Positions 38,541-51,023 of a DNA stretch of 64,000 nt are shown here, piece after piece; positions within the stretch are counted from its first letter, which is position 1; the number at the start of each line of letters is the position of its first letter. Both the position numbers and the translations under genes were made by a program. The notes under the pieces were generated by a model. The model made no database searches. It was given only the letters and a program-made list of their open reading frames with translations, and had not been told where the DNA came from. The stretch lies in the NCBI RefSeq assembly GCF_009914755.1, contig NC_060927.1; one strand, written 5' to 3'. The DNA comes from the human T2T-CHM13v2.0 reference genome, Homo sapiens.

Positions 38541-39527
38541 TACTTACACAACTAAAGAAAAGGAGGCTATGATGGAAAACAAACAGAAATGATCATCCTT
38601 GAGAGGCATGTAAGATTACAACATCGGATGACCGCAGTTTTCCTCAAGATAGGAATCCAGCTCCCATTCCAAAATGTCCACCAAAGTTGCAACATAGTAG
38701 CATTTGCCATATAAAAGTACTGGAGTTATTAACTGGATTCCAGATGTCTGAAACTGATGTATCCCTTCACTGAATCCCGACTAGGATCTATTTTGGGTAT
38801 AGCACTTCACACAGGTTGCTGTTCTTAATTAAAACTTCTCTGCCTTAAGAGCTTTATGTCTGTGAGATAGTCATCCAAATGTTCTCCTCTCCATAAATGT
38901 GCTCTTATGTTTTATTTTCACAGCAAAATGCTTGCCCAGATTTTAATAAACATGTCCGCAGTAGTAATATACATTTCGCATGCTTTCCACATTTCATAAT
39001 CTCTTTAGTCCTTTTGTTTATGTTGATTCCCACACCAAGAAGGCTGTTTGGAAGGCTTTGCAGCTCTGTCTCCATTTCTTCTGCCTATCATTGGGGAATG
39101 AAACAGCACACTGATTGCTATTTGGGTAGGAAACACAGACAAGACGTTGAAAGAAGTAAACTAATTTCCAAGCAATTTTGCTCCTTTCTCTCTTTTTGAT
39201 TGATTTTGGCAATAACTCACCCCAGTTCATTGACATTAGAGTAAAGCCTAGTAGCCAATTTATTGCTTCAAAATCTGTGAGAGTTCCTAATTGGTTATCA
39301 GACTGTGTCTACCAGATGCCAAAATTAAATTTCTTTTAAATCAAGAAAAAAGTGATTTTCTGGCATCCCAGATGCAAAACAACCCCGATTAACTGTTCTT
39401 TCACATTGCAAATGGTTATTTGGGCCTTGGGTGGAGAGAAAACTCATCTACTTACAACAGGAGGGGGTCAGATTCTGGACTCGATCCTTCAGCCAAAATG
39501 CAGATAAACCACAAGGAACAAATACTA

Positions 39528-40390
<863 letters not shown>

Positions 40391-40559
40391 TGCCATGTTG
40401 GACTAAAAGCCTCAGTGTTGCTCTACTAAAAAGGTCCCTCAACTAAATATAACAGGGGTGGCCTGCATCTAGTCTCTGAATTGGAACATCACAACTGACA
40501 GAGCTTATATCGTGGGTTCTCTTATTTAAAAAGCAGAAATTCTAGGTAATGGTCCAGTG

Positions 40560-41045
40560 CAATTTCGACTCCATCTCCTAATCCTTTGACATCAAATGCT
40601 CTGGTCCTGACTTACTGGTCCTGGACATGGTTTTCTTGGCACAGTAGCAGGCCTTTACCATTTTACCTGCATCTCTCAACCCTTTGTCCTGTTTCCATCT
40701 CATGTGAGTAGGAGTTATTCTTTAAACAACTGCCTTGTATCTCACTACCAGCCCTTTGCACATACTGTTCTCCCTGCATGGATGGCATTTCTTCCCCTGA
40801 TCCACCAGCACTGGACTTAGGTGGCCCTCCAAGATGGTTCCATTTCAGGACACTTATTGTACATGCCTTCTAATTTATCTTCCACTCTATAGGTTTCCTG
40901 GGGGCAAAATCATGTCTTTTCACAATAGCCAATCTTTTCTTTGACTTCCCAGACATCAATGTCATATGGTTCAATCTAATACCTTAACCATGACCTTATA
41001 AAACCAAAGCTAGGCACATAGGAGAGGCTCACTAAATACTTCTTG
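40560..41045 (+). mobile_element. L2 fragment
   Basis: CCTTTGCACATACTGTTCTCCCTGCATGGATG...GGCACATAGGAGAGGCTCACTAAATACTT tail. Confidence 0.5.
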
Positions 41046-42479
41046 CCCAGATAAACTTATCACAGTAGATATTCAGAAGGATGACATAGTTGTACCCATC
41101 CTCAGTCCTCAAATAAGAGTTTAATTATGTTATGTAAACCATATGATATACTAGTGAGGCAGGAACAGATACACATTGTAAAAGAGATCCAGAACAAAAT
41201 AAGATTTCTCTGTGGCCTTCGCCAATCTTAAAATGTAACTATATTTACTGAATCAAACTCTTACAGCATAATAAACTTACTTACAAAGAATCAGGGTAGA
41301 CAGCCTAACCTTGAGTACCTCAAGTCTTTGCCCCTGGATCCCACATAACAATATCCTTCCCTCTTTTAAGGAAAGCTGGAAAGAAAACCACTCTGCCAGC
41401 AGAAGGGCAAATAAAAGGTATGTCTGTGCCTGCACACAGAGGTTGGCATCCTACCCTGATTTGTGACCCATAATTAATGTCAATTTCATAATTTCGGAGG
41501 ATAGAAGATCAACAAGGAAGCTGACCTCTGGCTGTCTCACAGCTAATCATCTTTTGAGGCGGAAACTTGAGAGGAAACAGAAACGACAGGCTGGAGCACC
41601 AGGCTGTGGCTCGGAGTGTGTTTTGGGTGATCTGCCAAGCAGTGAGAACCCATGGTCACGTGCCCTCTCTGTGCTGGCCCCACAGTGACACCTGCTCACT
41701 CTCCATTGGGTAAGGTGGGAACCTGCATCCCACCCTGTAGAAGGCTTGGCTGGACGCCTGCTAGTCTCTACAAAGTTCCTTCTCATTGTGTGCACTCTTC
41801 TACATGGCTTCTTAATTATGTATGTGCACAGGCTGTGTCGAATGGAGTTGCCTTTGCCTCTGCTCACCACGTATTACATTTTTAATCAGTATATATAATT
41901 ACTTACCGCAAGCTGCCAGGCCAGATTTTCTGAGCATTAGTCTAATTAACTTAAACTTGATAATTATGTTTCGGATACCATAGCAGTACACACGGAACGG
42001 CAGACTTTGCTGCCAGCTTATTTGATTCCAATAACGTGTTTTCTCAATACTGGACTAGTTTTGATTTTTTTTTTTTTTTGAAAAAAATGGCCATCTGATA
42101 ATTACTTTGGTTTCAAAATTTCCCCTCAGATAAACTCATTCTGCTATTTAGGACAGCTTCTCAAATGATTTACACGGATTGAACTGTTATAGTATGTTTC
42201 TGTGTATTTTTACACACACAAATCTGTTTTTACTAATATAAATTCAAACTGAGGAGAAATGACAGTAGAAGGAATTCTGATGGTCAAATGACAGAATTGT
42301 CCATGTTTCAACTGCTCTATGCATTGCCTTTTCCATTTCAATTTGGGTTGATGAAAAATGAGAGACAAGGAAAAGCAAAACAAAACTAAACAAAACACAG
42401 AAAAATGCCCAGACTTGTAAGGGAGAAAGGTCAGCTTCTGGTTGAATGAGGGCATGATAAGTTCCCACACTAATAAGGC

Positions 42480-43190
42480 TCAATTCACCTAGGGCTTACC
42501 ATGTGCCAGGCACTGCAAAAAGCTCTTTTTTGTGGACTATCTCATCGAATCGTCCTAACAACCCTATGTGGTAATTAGTTATTACTATAGGTTGAATTGC
42601 ATCCTCCTGAAATATATGTTGAAGCCCTAATCCACAATGTCTCAGAATGTAACTTGGTTTGGAAATAGGGTCTTTGTAGAGGTAATCAGGTTAAAAGAAG
42701 GGCATTAGGGTCAGCCTTAATCTAATATGACTGGTGTCCTTATACAAAGGGAAAATTTGGACCCAGCAGCTGCCATGCACGCAAAGAGATTAAGTGAAGA
42801 TGAAGGCAAAGATTGGGGTGACGGATCTCTAAGCCATGGAATGCCAAAGATCATCAGCAAACTCCCAGCAGTGAAGTGGACACACTGAACAGATTCTCCC
42901 TTAGAGCCCTCAGGAGGAACAGCTCTGCTGACACCTTCACCTCGGGCTTGTAGTTGCCAGAACTGTAAAACGACAAATTTCCATTGTTTAAGCCACCCAC
43001 CCAGGTTGTGGTACTTGATTACGGCAGCCCTAGCCCTCTAATACATATACTCTGGTTACCACTACTCCCCGTTTCACAGATGCCAAGGCTCAGAAAAGCT
43101 ATGTGATGTGTCCAGGTCTGCACAGCTGTCAAGTGGCAGGGAAGGAGTCCACAACAGGCCTTTCGGACTCCCATGCTCAACCCTTGACCT
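42480..43190 (-). mobile_element. MIR split by MLT1C
   Basis: GCTTACCATGTGCCAGGCACTG...AACAACCCTATG (left) and CCCGTTTCACAGATG...AAGGCTCAGA...CACAGCTGTCAAGTGGCAG (right). Confidence 0.7.
42583..43045 (+). mobile_element. MLT1C solo LTR
   Basis: GGTTGAATTG...TTTGGAAATAGGGTCTTTGTAGAGGTAATC...GACTGGTGTCCTTATA...AACAGATTCTCCCTTAGAGCCCTCAG...GGCAGCCCTAG...CTAATACA. Confidence 0.88.
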
Positions 43191-44132
43191 CACCCATGCC
43201 TGTGCCACTCTGCTTCTGCCCAGGAGGCTGAAAGAATCAATACAACAAATCCCAGAAGTGGATGAAGCACTATGAACACTGTAATGCTTCTAAGGTAAAA
43301 GTCAAGCTTAGATGGTGCCTGTTTTCACATTTGCACATCGCCTCTTTTATTTAACACGTAAAATGACTGCTTGAAATACCTGCACTCTAGTTTTGGAGGG
43401 CAACAACATGGAATTTAAATTTTCTTAGGGTGAGGGTAGCGGGATTATTTTGTTCTCTTCTCACATAAGACAATAATGGACCAAAAATACCACTTACCAA
43501 TTACAAAAGACAACAAATAACAGAGCACAACTCAATGAATCGAATTGCAGAAGGAAGAACAGGTGGGCTTTCCCAAGATGTCATAATAGATGGAAGGAGA
43601 ACAAGAGAGAATGAACCTGCTCTATAAAGGCCAAAGACAGGAAATGAGAATCATTCTGGGGAAAAGATACAACCTTTATCCAGGAGGAAAAGCATGGGAA
43701 TATGATAATAATTTTTAAAAAAGACAATTCTCCAAGAATATCTCCTGGAATAGATCCAACGGAAAGCTTGACACCAGATAAAGAAGGGAGGTCAGGTTCA
43801 TTGAGGGCCTATTACATTTGGGGTATGTTTGAGGGTGAAACCCCCCGTAGAGTGTTGTGAAGTAGAAGCTATCGCCTCCCACTTTGCAGATGGGGAAATA
43901 AAGTTCTAAGCAATTAAATAATTACTAAAGGGCAGCTACTCCTTGGCCCAGCAAATCACTGGAAATGCTGACATGGAAGAACAGCAGGAAGGGTTGTCCT
44001 AAGAAGAATTACTTTCCTTCTTCAGACTAGTAGTGTCTCTATGTCTGTGGGGAACGTGCACAAGCTCACACTCAAGACACAGACTTCTCGTCATAAAAAA
44101 ATTTCACAAATTACCTCTAAGTTGCTCTAAAA

Positions 44133-44330
44133 CGGGAGTGCTTATCATTTTTAGGCATGTCAGCACTTTTTAGAATCTGATCAAAGCTATGTATGACTCC
44201 TTTCCCTAGAAAAATGTGTGCACACACATAAATGCATACACTTTACTTGAAATTTCTAGAAGGTTTGTACACCCTCAGGGATCCATGAGTCACAGCTTTA
44301 AAGCCCACAAAGGATACATCTGCCTCCAAG
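44133..44330. mobile_element. Charlie4z-like hAT MITE
   Basis: TTTAGAATCTGATCAAAGCTATG...CCCTAGAAAAATGTGTGCACACACA...AATTTCTAGAAGGTTTG...ATCCATG. Confidence 0.6.
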
Positions 44331-44539
44331 GAGCCCAGCAACTTTATGACACACTAAAACAAACACATAACATGCACTCGCACAACCTTGACCAGGACAG
44401 TCCCCCTCCACAGTCACTGGCTTGTATCTCCATGTTAGCACACCCACCTCCACCACTGAGGGGGAGCTCTGCTGTGCTTCGTTGATCTACATTCACTAAT
44501 CTACATTCCAGGCCCCACATAAAGCAAGTATAAAGTGAA

Positions 44540-44960
44540 TGTTAAGTGAATTTGAAGTTAGAAGACCTGGACTTGAGCTCTATCACTCCCTCTGGGTCAT
44601 GTTGTTTCATCTCCTTGAATCTCACTTTTATCACCCACGCTATTAGGCAGAAATCACCCCGGTTTGCCTCACCTTTTCTGAAGGATTGCTGGGAGGAACA
44701 TATGCAGCAATGCAGGTGGAAGCCATTTAGAACAGTAACAGTGAACACTGTGTGCAAACACTGTTTTAAACACTTTACATTTATTCATTAATCTTCATGA
44801 CCATCTTATCAGGGTGGCAGTGTTACTATCCCCATTTCAGACATGAGGAAGCTGAGCACAGAGAGGTCGGGGAACTGGCCCAGGTAGGCACAGGGCTGGG
44901 ATGCAAATGCAGGCAGGCTGGTGCCAAGGCCAGCTCTCGTAACCACTGTGCATAGTGCCT
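44540..44960. mobile_element. Two adjacent MIRs in opposite orientation (+ ~44540-44760; - ~44735-44960)
   Basis: Forward AGAAGACCTGGACTTGAG...CTGGGTCATGTT...AATCTCACTTT; reverse CCCATTTCAGACATGAGGAAGCTGAGCACAGAGAGGT. Confidence 0.6.
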
Positions 44961-46149
44961 CTTCAGGAGAGGCAATGCCACAAAAAATGTCTAAAATTAT
45001 CCTAACGAGAAGGCAAAAGAACCCTGTGAGCCTTCTATGAACATTAGTGGAGTTTGGAGGTGTGGGGTTTGCAGGGCTTTAGATTTAGACCACCCAGAAG
45101 AGCTCGATGTTACATATAACTGCAACTAGCTTGTGCATCCACAACTCCAAATTCAGCCCTGTGGTGGTCAGCGAATATCGAGGGAGAAAAGCAGCAGCCT
45201 CATGTAGGAAGTGTAGGGCCAGGGCCCCCTCTCAAAGCTCATTCACATGTACTTACTTTGACTGCCACAACGAACACATTTGTAGGCTTTCCGGCTTGTG
45301 GCTTACCTGCCTGTGACCACAAAGCTCATATGTACCACAAGTCCTCTTTTTCCTACTTCAAACAAACAATGCTCATCTCCCTCCTCTGAATTTTTTTGTT
45401 TGAGAGTTTCCACCTTAAGGTTTTCAAGGGGTCCACAATTCAGTTGTATCTTGAGTGGAAATCTTATTCTGTAAGGCCCCTGTCTTCATTCTCACACAGT
45501 CAAAGCACACTAGCTGACAAGCAGGCTGGGAGCAGAGCCATGATAAAGCTTCAAGCCCTGCCTGCCCAGAGCTCACAGCCCCGGTGGGTGACCCGGAAAA
45601 TAAGCAGGCACCTGCAAAAGGCCTGTAAAGTGCTGTGATGAGGAAAATATGGGCAACTGTGGGAGTCACAGAAAGGGGGTACCTAATCCAGCATGGGGAG
45701 AGGGAGACACTAGAGGGTCCGAAAAGCTGCGTATCTTCTCTGCCTTTGTATTGTCACAAAAATCTAGGAGTCCTCATGAGCTCAATGTTAAGTGGTTGCA
45801 TGCTTTGACTCACTTAATCGAAAATGTTTTTAAAATCCTGCTTAGACCTTTTTCCTCCCACTGTTCCCTGAGTTAGCTCCTTCTCACCCTCTGGGTCTCA
45901 ATTTCCAATGTAATTAATTCCCTCTTTTCACGAAGCCTTCCTGGAGCACCCTACACTGCCTGGCATCTCCTGTGCCATCTTCCTGCACTTCCTGCACTTT
46001 CTTCCTTTCTTCCCAGGGAGGCAGGCTTCATCTTGATGTCCCGGGTGTGGACTGCAGACCAACATCACCTGGCGGCTTGTTAGAAAAGCAGAACATAAGG
46101 CCCCATCCCAAATGATTCCTCAATACTTTAAAGCTGCCTCGCCCAGGAC

Positions 46150-46436
46150 CTTAGCCATCAGCCCCATGTGACTACCAGGCCCCTGTAAAACGGCTTGTCT
46201 GAACTGAGAGGTATTGCAGGTGTAAAGTACATACCAGATTTAGGAGACACTGTGAAAAAGACTGTAAAATATCTCATTAATAATTATTTCATGTTAATTA
46301 CCTACTGAAATAATATTTATGATATTTTGGATTAAATAAAATATTACAATTAATTTTATCTCTTTTTTTAATATGGCTACTATAAAACTGATAGTCACAT
46401 GTGTGGTTCCCATTATGTTTATTTTGGACAGGGCTG
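46150..46436. mobile_element. MER33 (hAT-Charlie)
   Basis: GAACTGAGAGGT...GTGTAAAGTACATACCAGATTT...GTAAAATATCTCATTAATAATT...GATATTTTGGATTAAATAAAATAT...TTGGACAGGGCTG. Confidence 0.8.
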
Positions 46437-46478
46437 CCCTACAGCGTGAGATGCGCTGGTTTGGATAATGATCAAGAA

Positions 46479-46697
46479 CAGGCATTGGCAGACGACAGCC
46501 ACTGGGTCAAATCTGGCCAGGTGCCTGATTTGGTAAAGGGGCTTTTATTGGAACACAGTCACACTCACTCATTTACTGTCTTTGGCTGCTTTTGGGCTAC
46601 AGCAGCAGAGCTAAGGATTTGCGACAGAAACTGAATAGCCTGAAGAGCTTAAAATATTTACCATCTGGCCCTTTTTAGAGAAAGTATGCAGACCCCA
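46479..46697 (+). mobile_element. MER58A
   Basis: CAAATCTGGCC...TTTTATTGGAACACAGTCACACTCACTCATTTA...AAAATATTTACCATCTGGCCCTTT. 8-bp TSD ATCAAGAA / GTCAAGAA. Confidence 0.88.
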
Positions 46698-46704
46698 GTC
46701 AAGA

Positions 46705-46950
46705 ACGTTCATTCCAGAACTGGACCGACTGACTTAAAATCACGTCTCTACCACTTTTTGGTGTGTGAGGTTCGGCAAGTTACCTCACCTGCCTGTGCCT
46801 CAGTGTTTGTATCTGAAAACAGAAGATGAGCATACATACCTAACAGAGTTGTTATGAAGATTAAATGAGTTGATATATGTGAACTTCCTTAAATAGTGCC
46901 TCATCCATAGTAGGTTCTCAATAAATGTTAGCCACCATTAATATTACTGC
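46705..46950 (+). mobile_element. MIR
   Basis: GGCAAGTTACCTCACCTGCCTGTGCCTCAGTG...GAGTTGTTATGAAGATTAAATGAGTT...CTCAATAAATGTTAGC. Confidence 0.8.
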
Positions 46951-46959
46951 TAGCAGTTA

Positions 46960-47125
46960 TCACAAATTGTAATGACACATTTTTGCTTTATCTTTTTTTC
47001 CTGTCTGTCTCCCCATCAAATTAAAGACCTAGGAGAGTGGCATCATTTTCTGTCTTGTTCCAGCTGTTTAAGCACAGTTAAACAGCCCACACGTGAGATT
47101 CAATACATATTTGTTGCATGAATCA
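46960..47125 (+). mobile_element. L2 3' end
   Basis: TGTCTGTCTCCCC...TGTCTTGTTC...TCAATACATATTTGTTGCATGAAT. Confidence 0.6.
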
Positions 47126-47236
47126 AGTGCAGAGGAGGGAAGTAATTTTCCTAAGGCTCCACGGCCAGAAAGTGGCCAGGACTTGAATGTGGTTCTATCT
47201 GCTTGCCAAACTCAAATTCTTAACTTCTCTTGATAC

Positions 47237-47393
47237 ACCAAGTGTAGTCTATAGACCAGCGACATCAGCATCACTTGGGAGCTTGTTAAAAATGCCGGAG
47301 CTTAGGCTTCATCTCAGACCGACTGAACTAAAAACTCTATTTTAACAAGATCGCCAAGAAATTCATAGGCACATTAAGGTTTGAGAAGCACTG
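47237..47393. mobile_element. MER5A
   Basis: GACCAGCGACATCAGCATCACTTGGGAGCTTGTTAAAAATGC...TTTTAACAAGATC...GTTTGAGAAGCACTG. Confidence 0.85.
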
Positions 47394-48934
47394 CTCTGGG
47401 CTATAATTCCCAGTTTCGACTCATGTGCTTATTTGTTCAACAAGCAATTAATTTAGCATCAATCATTCCACAGAGCCTTGTGTTTGGACCCCCTAATTCC
47501 AGAGCTGATGATTTCTATTCATCCCGATCAGGTCCTGGGGGTGTTTAGGGTTTGCAATGAACGGCAATGTGCTGTGTCAGAAGTGCCCTTTCTCCTACCA
47601 GGTTCAAACCACTGCAATGCTGGAGTGACCTCTCTGCACAGAAATCTGCTTAACATTCCTTACCCGCCTGTAGTGACCAGGCCACAGGCTCCGGCAGATG
47701 CAGAAGGTCTGAAAATCTAGTCGTAAGTAATTTTCCTCTAGGTGCCTACCTCAGTGAATTGGTTCTCCTGTGCATTTTATACATCAGTGGTCGCACCACT
47801 CAAACACACAATCCATTCCCGAGTTTAACAGCTCAGGCACCTTCCTTTTTGATTTTATAAATGAATGCAAATCATCTCCCACTCATATTATAAACCAATT
47901 AAAATTCTCCTCACACTTTTAAAAAAACTTGTTACCTGGCTCAAAGATCCTTAGCTCTTTTCTTAGAAACTGGCCCTTATGTGGCCTGTATGTGAGGATG
48001 AGGGTGTTTGAAATTAGCAGGAAATCTTAGAATGGTTTCCCCTTTGTCACAGCCAGAAGTTTCAGATTGTGGTCATCAGATGAACGCTTTAAATGAGAAA
48101 AAGACTGATTAGCATAATTCTTAAAGGTCTGAACTCTACACTCACAGATGGCCTCTGAGAGGATGGATGGTACAGAAAGGAGATTAGGATAAACCTAATT
48201 AGTTTGGGGGTGTTCTCATTTCTCAAGTGGTGAGCGATGGAGAAGAAGTGATGGATGGACAGATGGAGATAATGAAGCCCCATTAAAGTCTTTTTTGATT
48301 CTCATTCTCCATGATGGAGCACATTATCCCATTAATGTTTCTGTGAGCTAACACAGCCAAAGTTTGGCGCTGTCACCTCGAAAATGAATTCGAATTGCCT
48401 GCCCAGCTCCTTACATGTGTCCACAGGAGTTAAATGAGCCTGAAAACTGTATTCCTGCTGAGAAGCCCATCCTGGCAGCATGGGCTGGAAGCCCTCCCCT
48501 TTGGGAATGGGCCTTCCTCCTGGCTGGTTTCTAACAGCACTCAGGCCAGAGTCCCATAGCTTTTCTGCTCCGGGGTTCTACAACTAGAATTTCCTCTGAA
48601 ATGGGCTGTGGCTTGCACGTATTTCCAGGGTACTGAGACAGACCGCTGCTGTTCTCTTCAGTGGAGGTGACAGCTACAAGTGCTCACCATCACACTCTGA
48701 TTAGGGACCTGAGGGCAGGGTCCAAAGACAAAAAGTGGCAAGACAGGCCCATGACTCAGTCACAGAGATGTGACATAAATAATAATACAGGACATTGCAC
48801 AGGCTATGTGCAAAGTAAGGGCCTGACTGGCTCCACTAGCTCAGAGAACAGTGAGACAGTGATGGGCCATCCAGGAAACAGCAGGGAAAGGGGAGAGACT
48901 CCTCGGGGTTTGAAAAAAGAACCATGTGACCCCT

Positions 48935-50518
48935 GATGACAGCAGCCTCCTAAATGGACCCCTTGCTTCTACTCTTGACTCCCTACAGTCCAGCATCATT
49001 TAAGAACATAAACCAGATCAAATGATTCTCCCCTTCAATAATAATCAGAGCTGACATTTATTGAGCACTTACTTATGTGTGCTCAGTGCTGATCCAAGCA
49101 AATTGCATGTATTATTTCATTTCACAACAGCCCTTTGTGGTATTAATATCATCCTTTTATTACAGATGAGGAAATTAAGGCACAAACAGGTGACCTGGCC
49201 CAGTAAGTAGCAGAATTTATTGACAAGCTCAGGTTTCTTGACTTCAGAACTCCGATTCTTAACCTATAACTCCTGTTCCATGTTCATTGCATGCCCTCCC
49301 ACCACGCATGGAATAAAATCTAAACTCCTCTCTGACCTCATTTTGTTCCAGTGTCTCCCATGCTCACTGTGCTCTCGTCACATTCTTCAAGAACTCCAAG
49401 CACGGTCCATGTCTAGGCCCCGTGCACTTGTAGTTGCCTTTGTCTGCTTAGAAAGGATTTCCCTTCTCCCATATCCACCTTCGAAATGTCAGGGTGGCCC
49501 ACGCTTGATTCTCAGCTCTCTTACTTTATTCTACTGCTCTTCCCAACCAGGTGGTCTCATTCAAGGCCATGGCTTTAAATACTATCTCCTATGACTCCCA
49601 CATTTATGTTTCTAGCCTGGAACGTTTAATGAGTTCCAACCATGCGTGTTTAATGGCTCATCTAATCTTTCCTCTCGCATGTGTAGTGGGCACCTATATT
49701 TATCACCCAAAGATAAAAAAAAAAACCCCTGACTTGTAACTCTCCTACCCTACTTCAGTCTGTAAAGTAAATAGCACTATCATCCAGCTGGTTACTCGAG
49801 CCAAAAACCAGCAATTCTTCTTAGCTTCTGAGCCTTTGCACCCAATCCATGAACAAATTCTACCTGCTTCCAAGGCACATCCCAAAGGGCCTATTTCTCT
49901 CCACCTCCACTATATCATCTCTGATATAAACCACTGTGATAATTTTGCTTGCACTTTTACCTCTCTTTAATCCAGCCAGGGAATGACCCTTTTAAAAGTT
50001 AAATCAGATCATGTCATTCCCTTGCCTAATACCTTCTAACTCTAATGTCATGCTAGGCCCTGAAGACCTCTAGGCCACCGTCTGCCTCTTTAACCACAAC
50101 TCCTCTGCCTGCTCACCAATGCTCCGGGCACACTGGCCTCCCTTCTGTTTCCTGAACATGCCATGCTCATCCTGGATGTATGGCTTTTGCAATCACTATT
50201 CACTCTGCTTAGAAAACTCTCTACCCCAGGTTTCCCCGGGCTTACAGCTTCTCATTTAGTTATCAGTTGAAATGTTACCTCCTTGGTGAGGCCTTTTCTA
50301 ACCCCTCTAACCAAATTCATATGCATAAATACTTTCTTTATCATACCAAGTTTCATTTCCTTCTCACTCTCTGAGATGTCTGTGTGTTTAATTGGTTTTT
50401 TCTGTCTCTCCTACTAGAGTAATCTCTTTGGCGGTCTGGGCCTGATCTGGTTTGTTCACCCCTCTATCCCCCAGTGCCTGGAACTTTATCAGGGATCAAT
50501 AAGTATCTACTGAATGAA
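48935..50518 (+). mobile_element. L2 (L2a-like) segments, interrupted by a MIR
   Basis: CATGGCTTTAAATACTATCT, AAATCAGATCATGTCATTCCC, CACACTGGCCTCC, TGAAATGTTACCTCCT...GAGGCCTT; tail TCAATAAGTATCTACTGAATGAA. Confidence 0.75.
49040..49270 (-). mobile_element. MIR nested in L2
   Basis: ACATTTATTGAGCACTTAC...TACAGATGAGGAAATTAAGGCAC...AGTAAGTAGCAGA. Confidence 0.8.
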
Positions 50519-50811
50519 GAGCACCATTTATTTAGAAGCTCACAAAATGCTAATGGAGGAGGTAAGATTGAAGACAGATGATAAAGCTGGGACTTCAATC
50601 CTATAGTCAGTGGGAGGGGAATGGATAAAGAGTAAAAGTGACGCAAAATTGTAGGGAGTGGGAGGAAGTCTAAAATCTTCCATTTGTTGAATGACCATAA
50701 CCCAGGAGGCCCTGGTAATACACAGGTGAACAAAACCAAAATGGCCCCTGGCCTCATAGAGCTTGTATTGTAGCATGTAGTTTAAACTTTTTTCCCCATT
50801 TTAGGATGGAG

Positions 50812-51023
50812 CAGGGGTAAGCAAATGTTTTACTGTAAAGGGCCAGAGAGTAACTATTTCTGGCTCTTCAGGCCATATGGTCTCTGCCACAAATACTCTG
50901 CCACTGTAGTGAAAAAGGAGCCACAGATCATACACAGACTTGGCTGTGTTCCGATAAAACTTTATTTACAAAGACAAGCAGCAGGTCCAACTTGGCATGT
51001 GGGCCACAACTGGACAACCCCTG
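50812..51023 (-). mobile_element. MER58A
   Basis: CAGGGGTAAGCAAA...CTGTAAAGGGCCAGA...GGCTGTGTTCCGATAAAACTTTATTTACAAA...CAACCCCTG. 8-bp flanks GGATGGAG / GGACAGAG. Confidence 0.88.

Noticed and set aside
47625-47728. 81-nt exon-like unit (47642-47722)
   Set aside because: Stops in all three frames, modest acceptor and weak exonic donor context (TC|GT); such motifs are common by chance.
46479-51023. Two inverted MER58A copies as ends of a composite transposon
   Set aside because: Each copy has its own distinct 8-bp TSD, so they are independent insertions.
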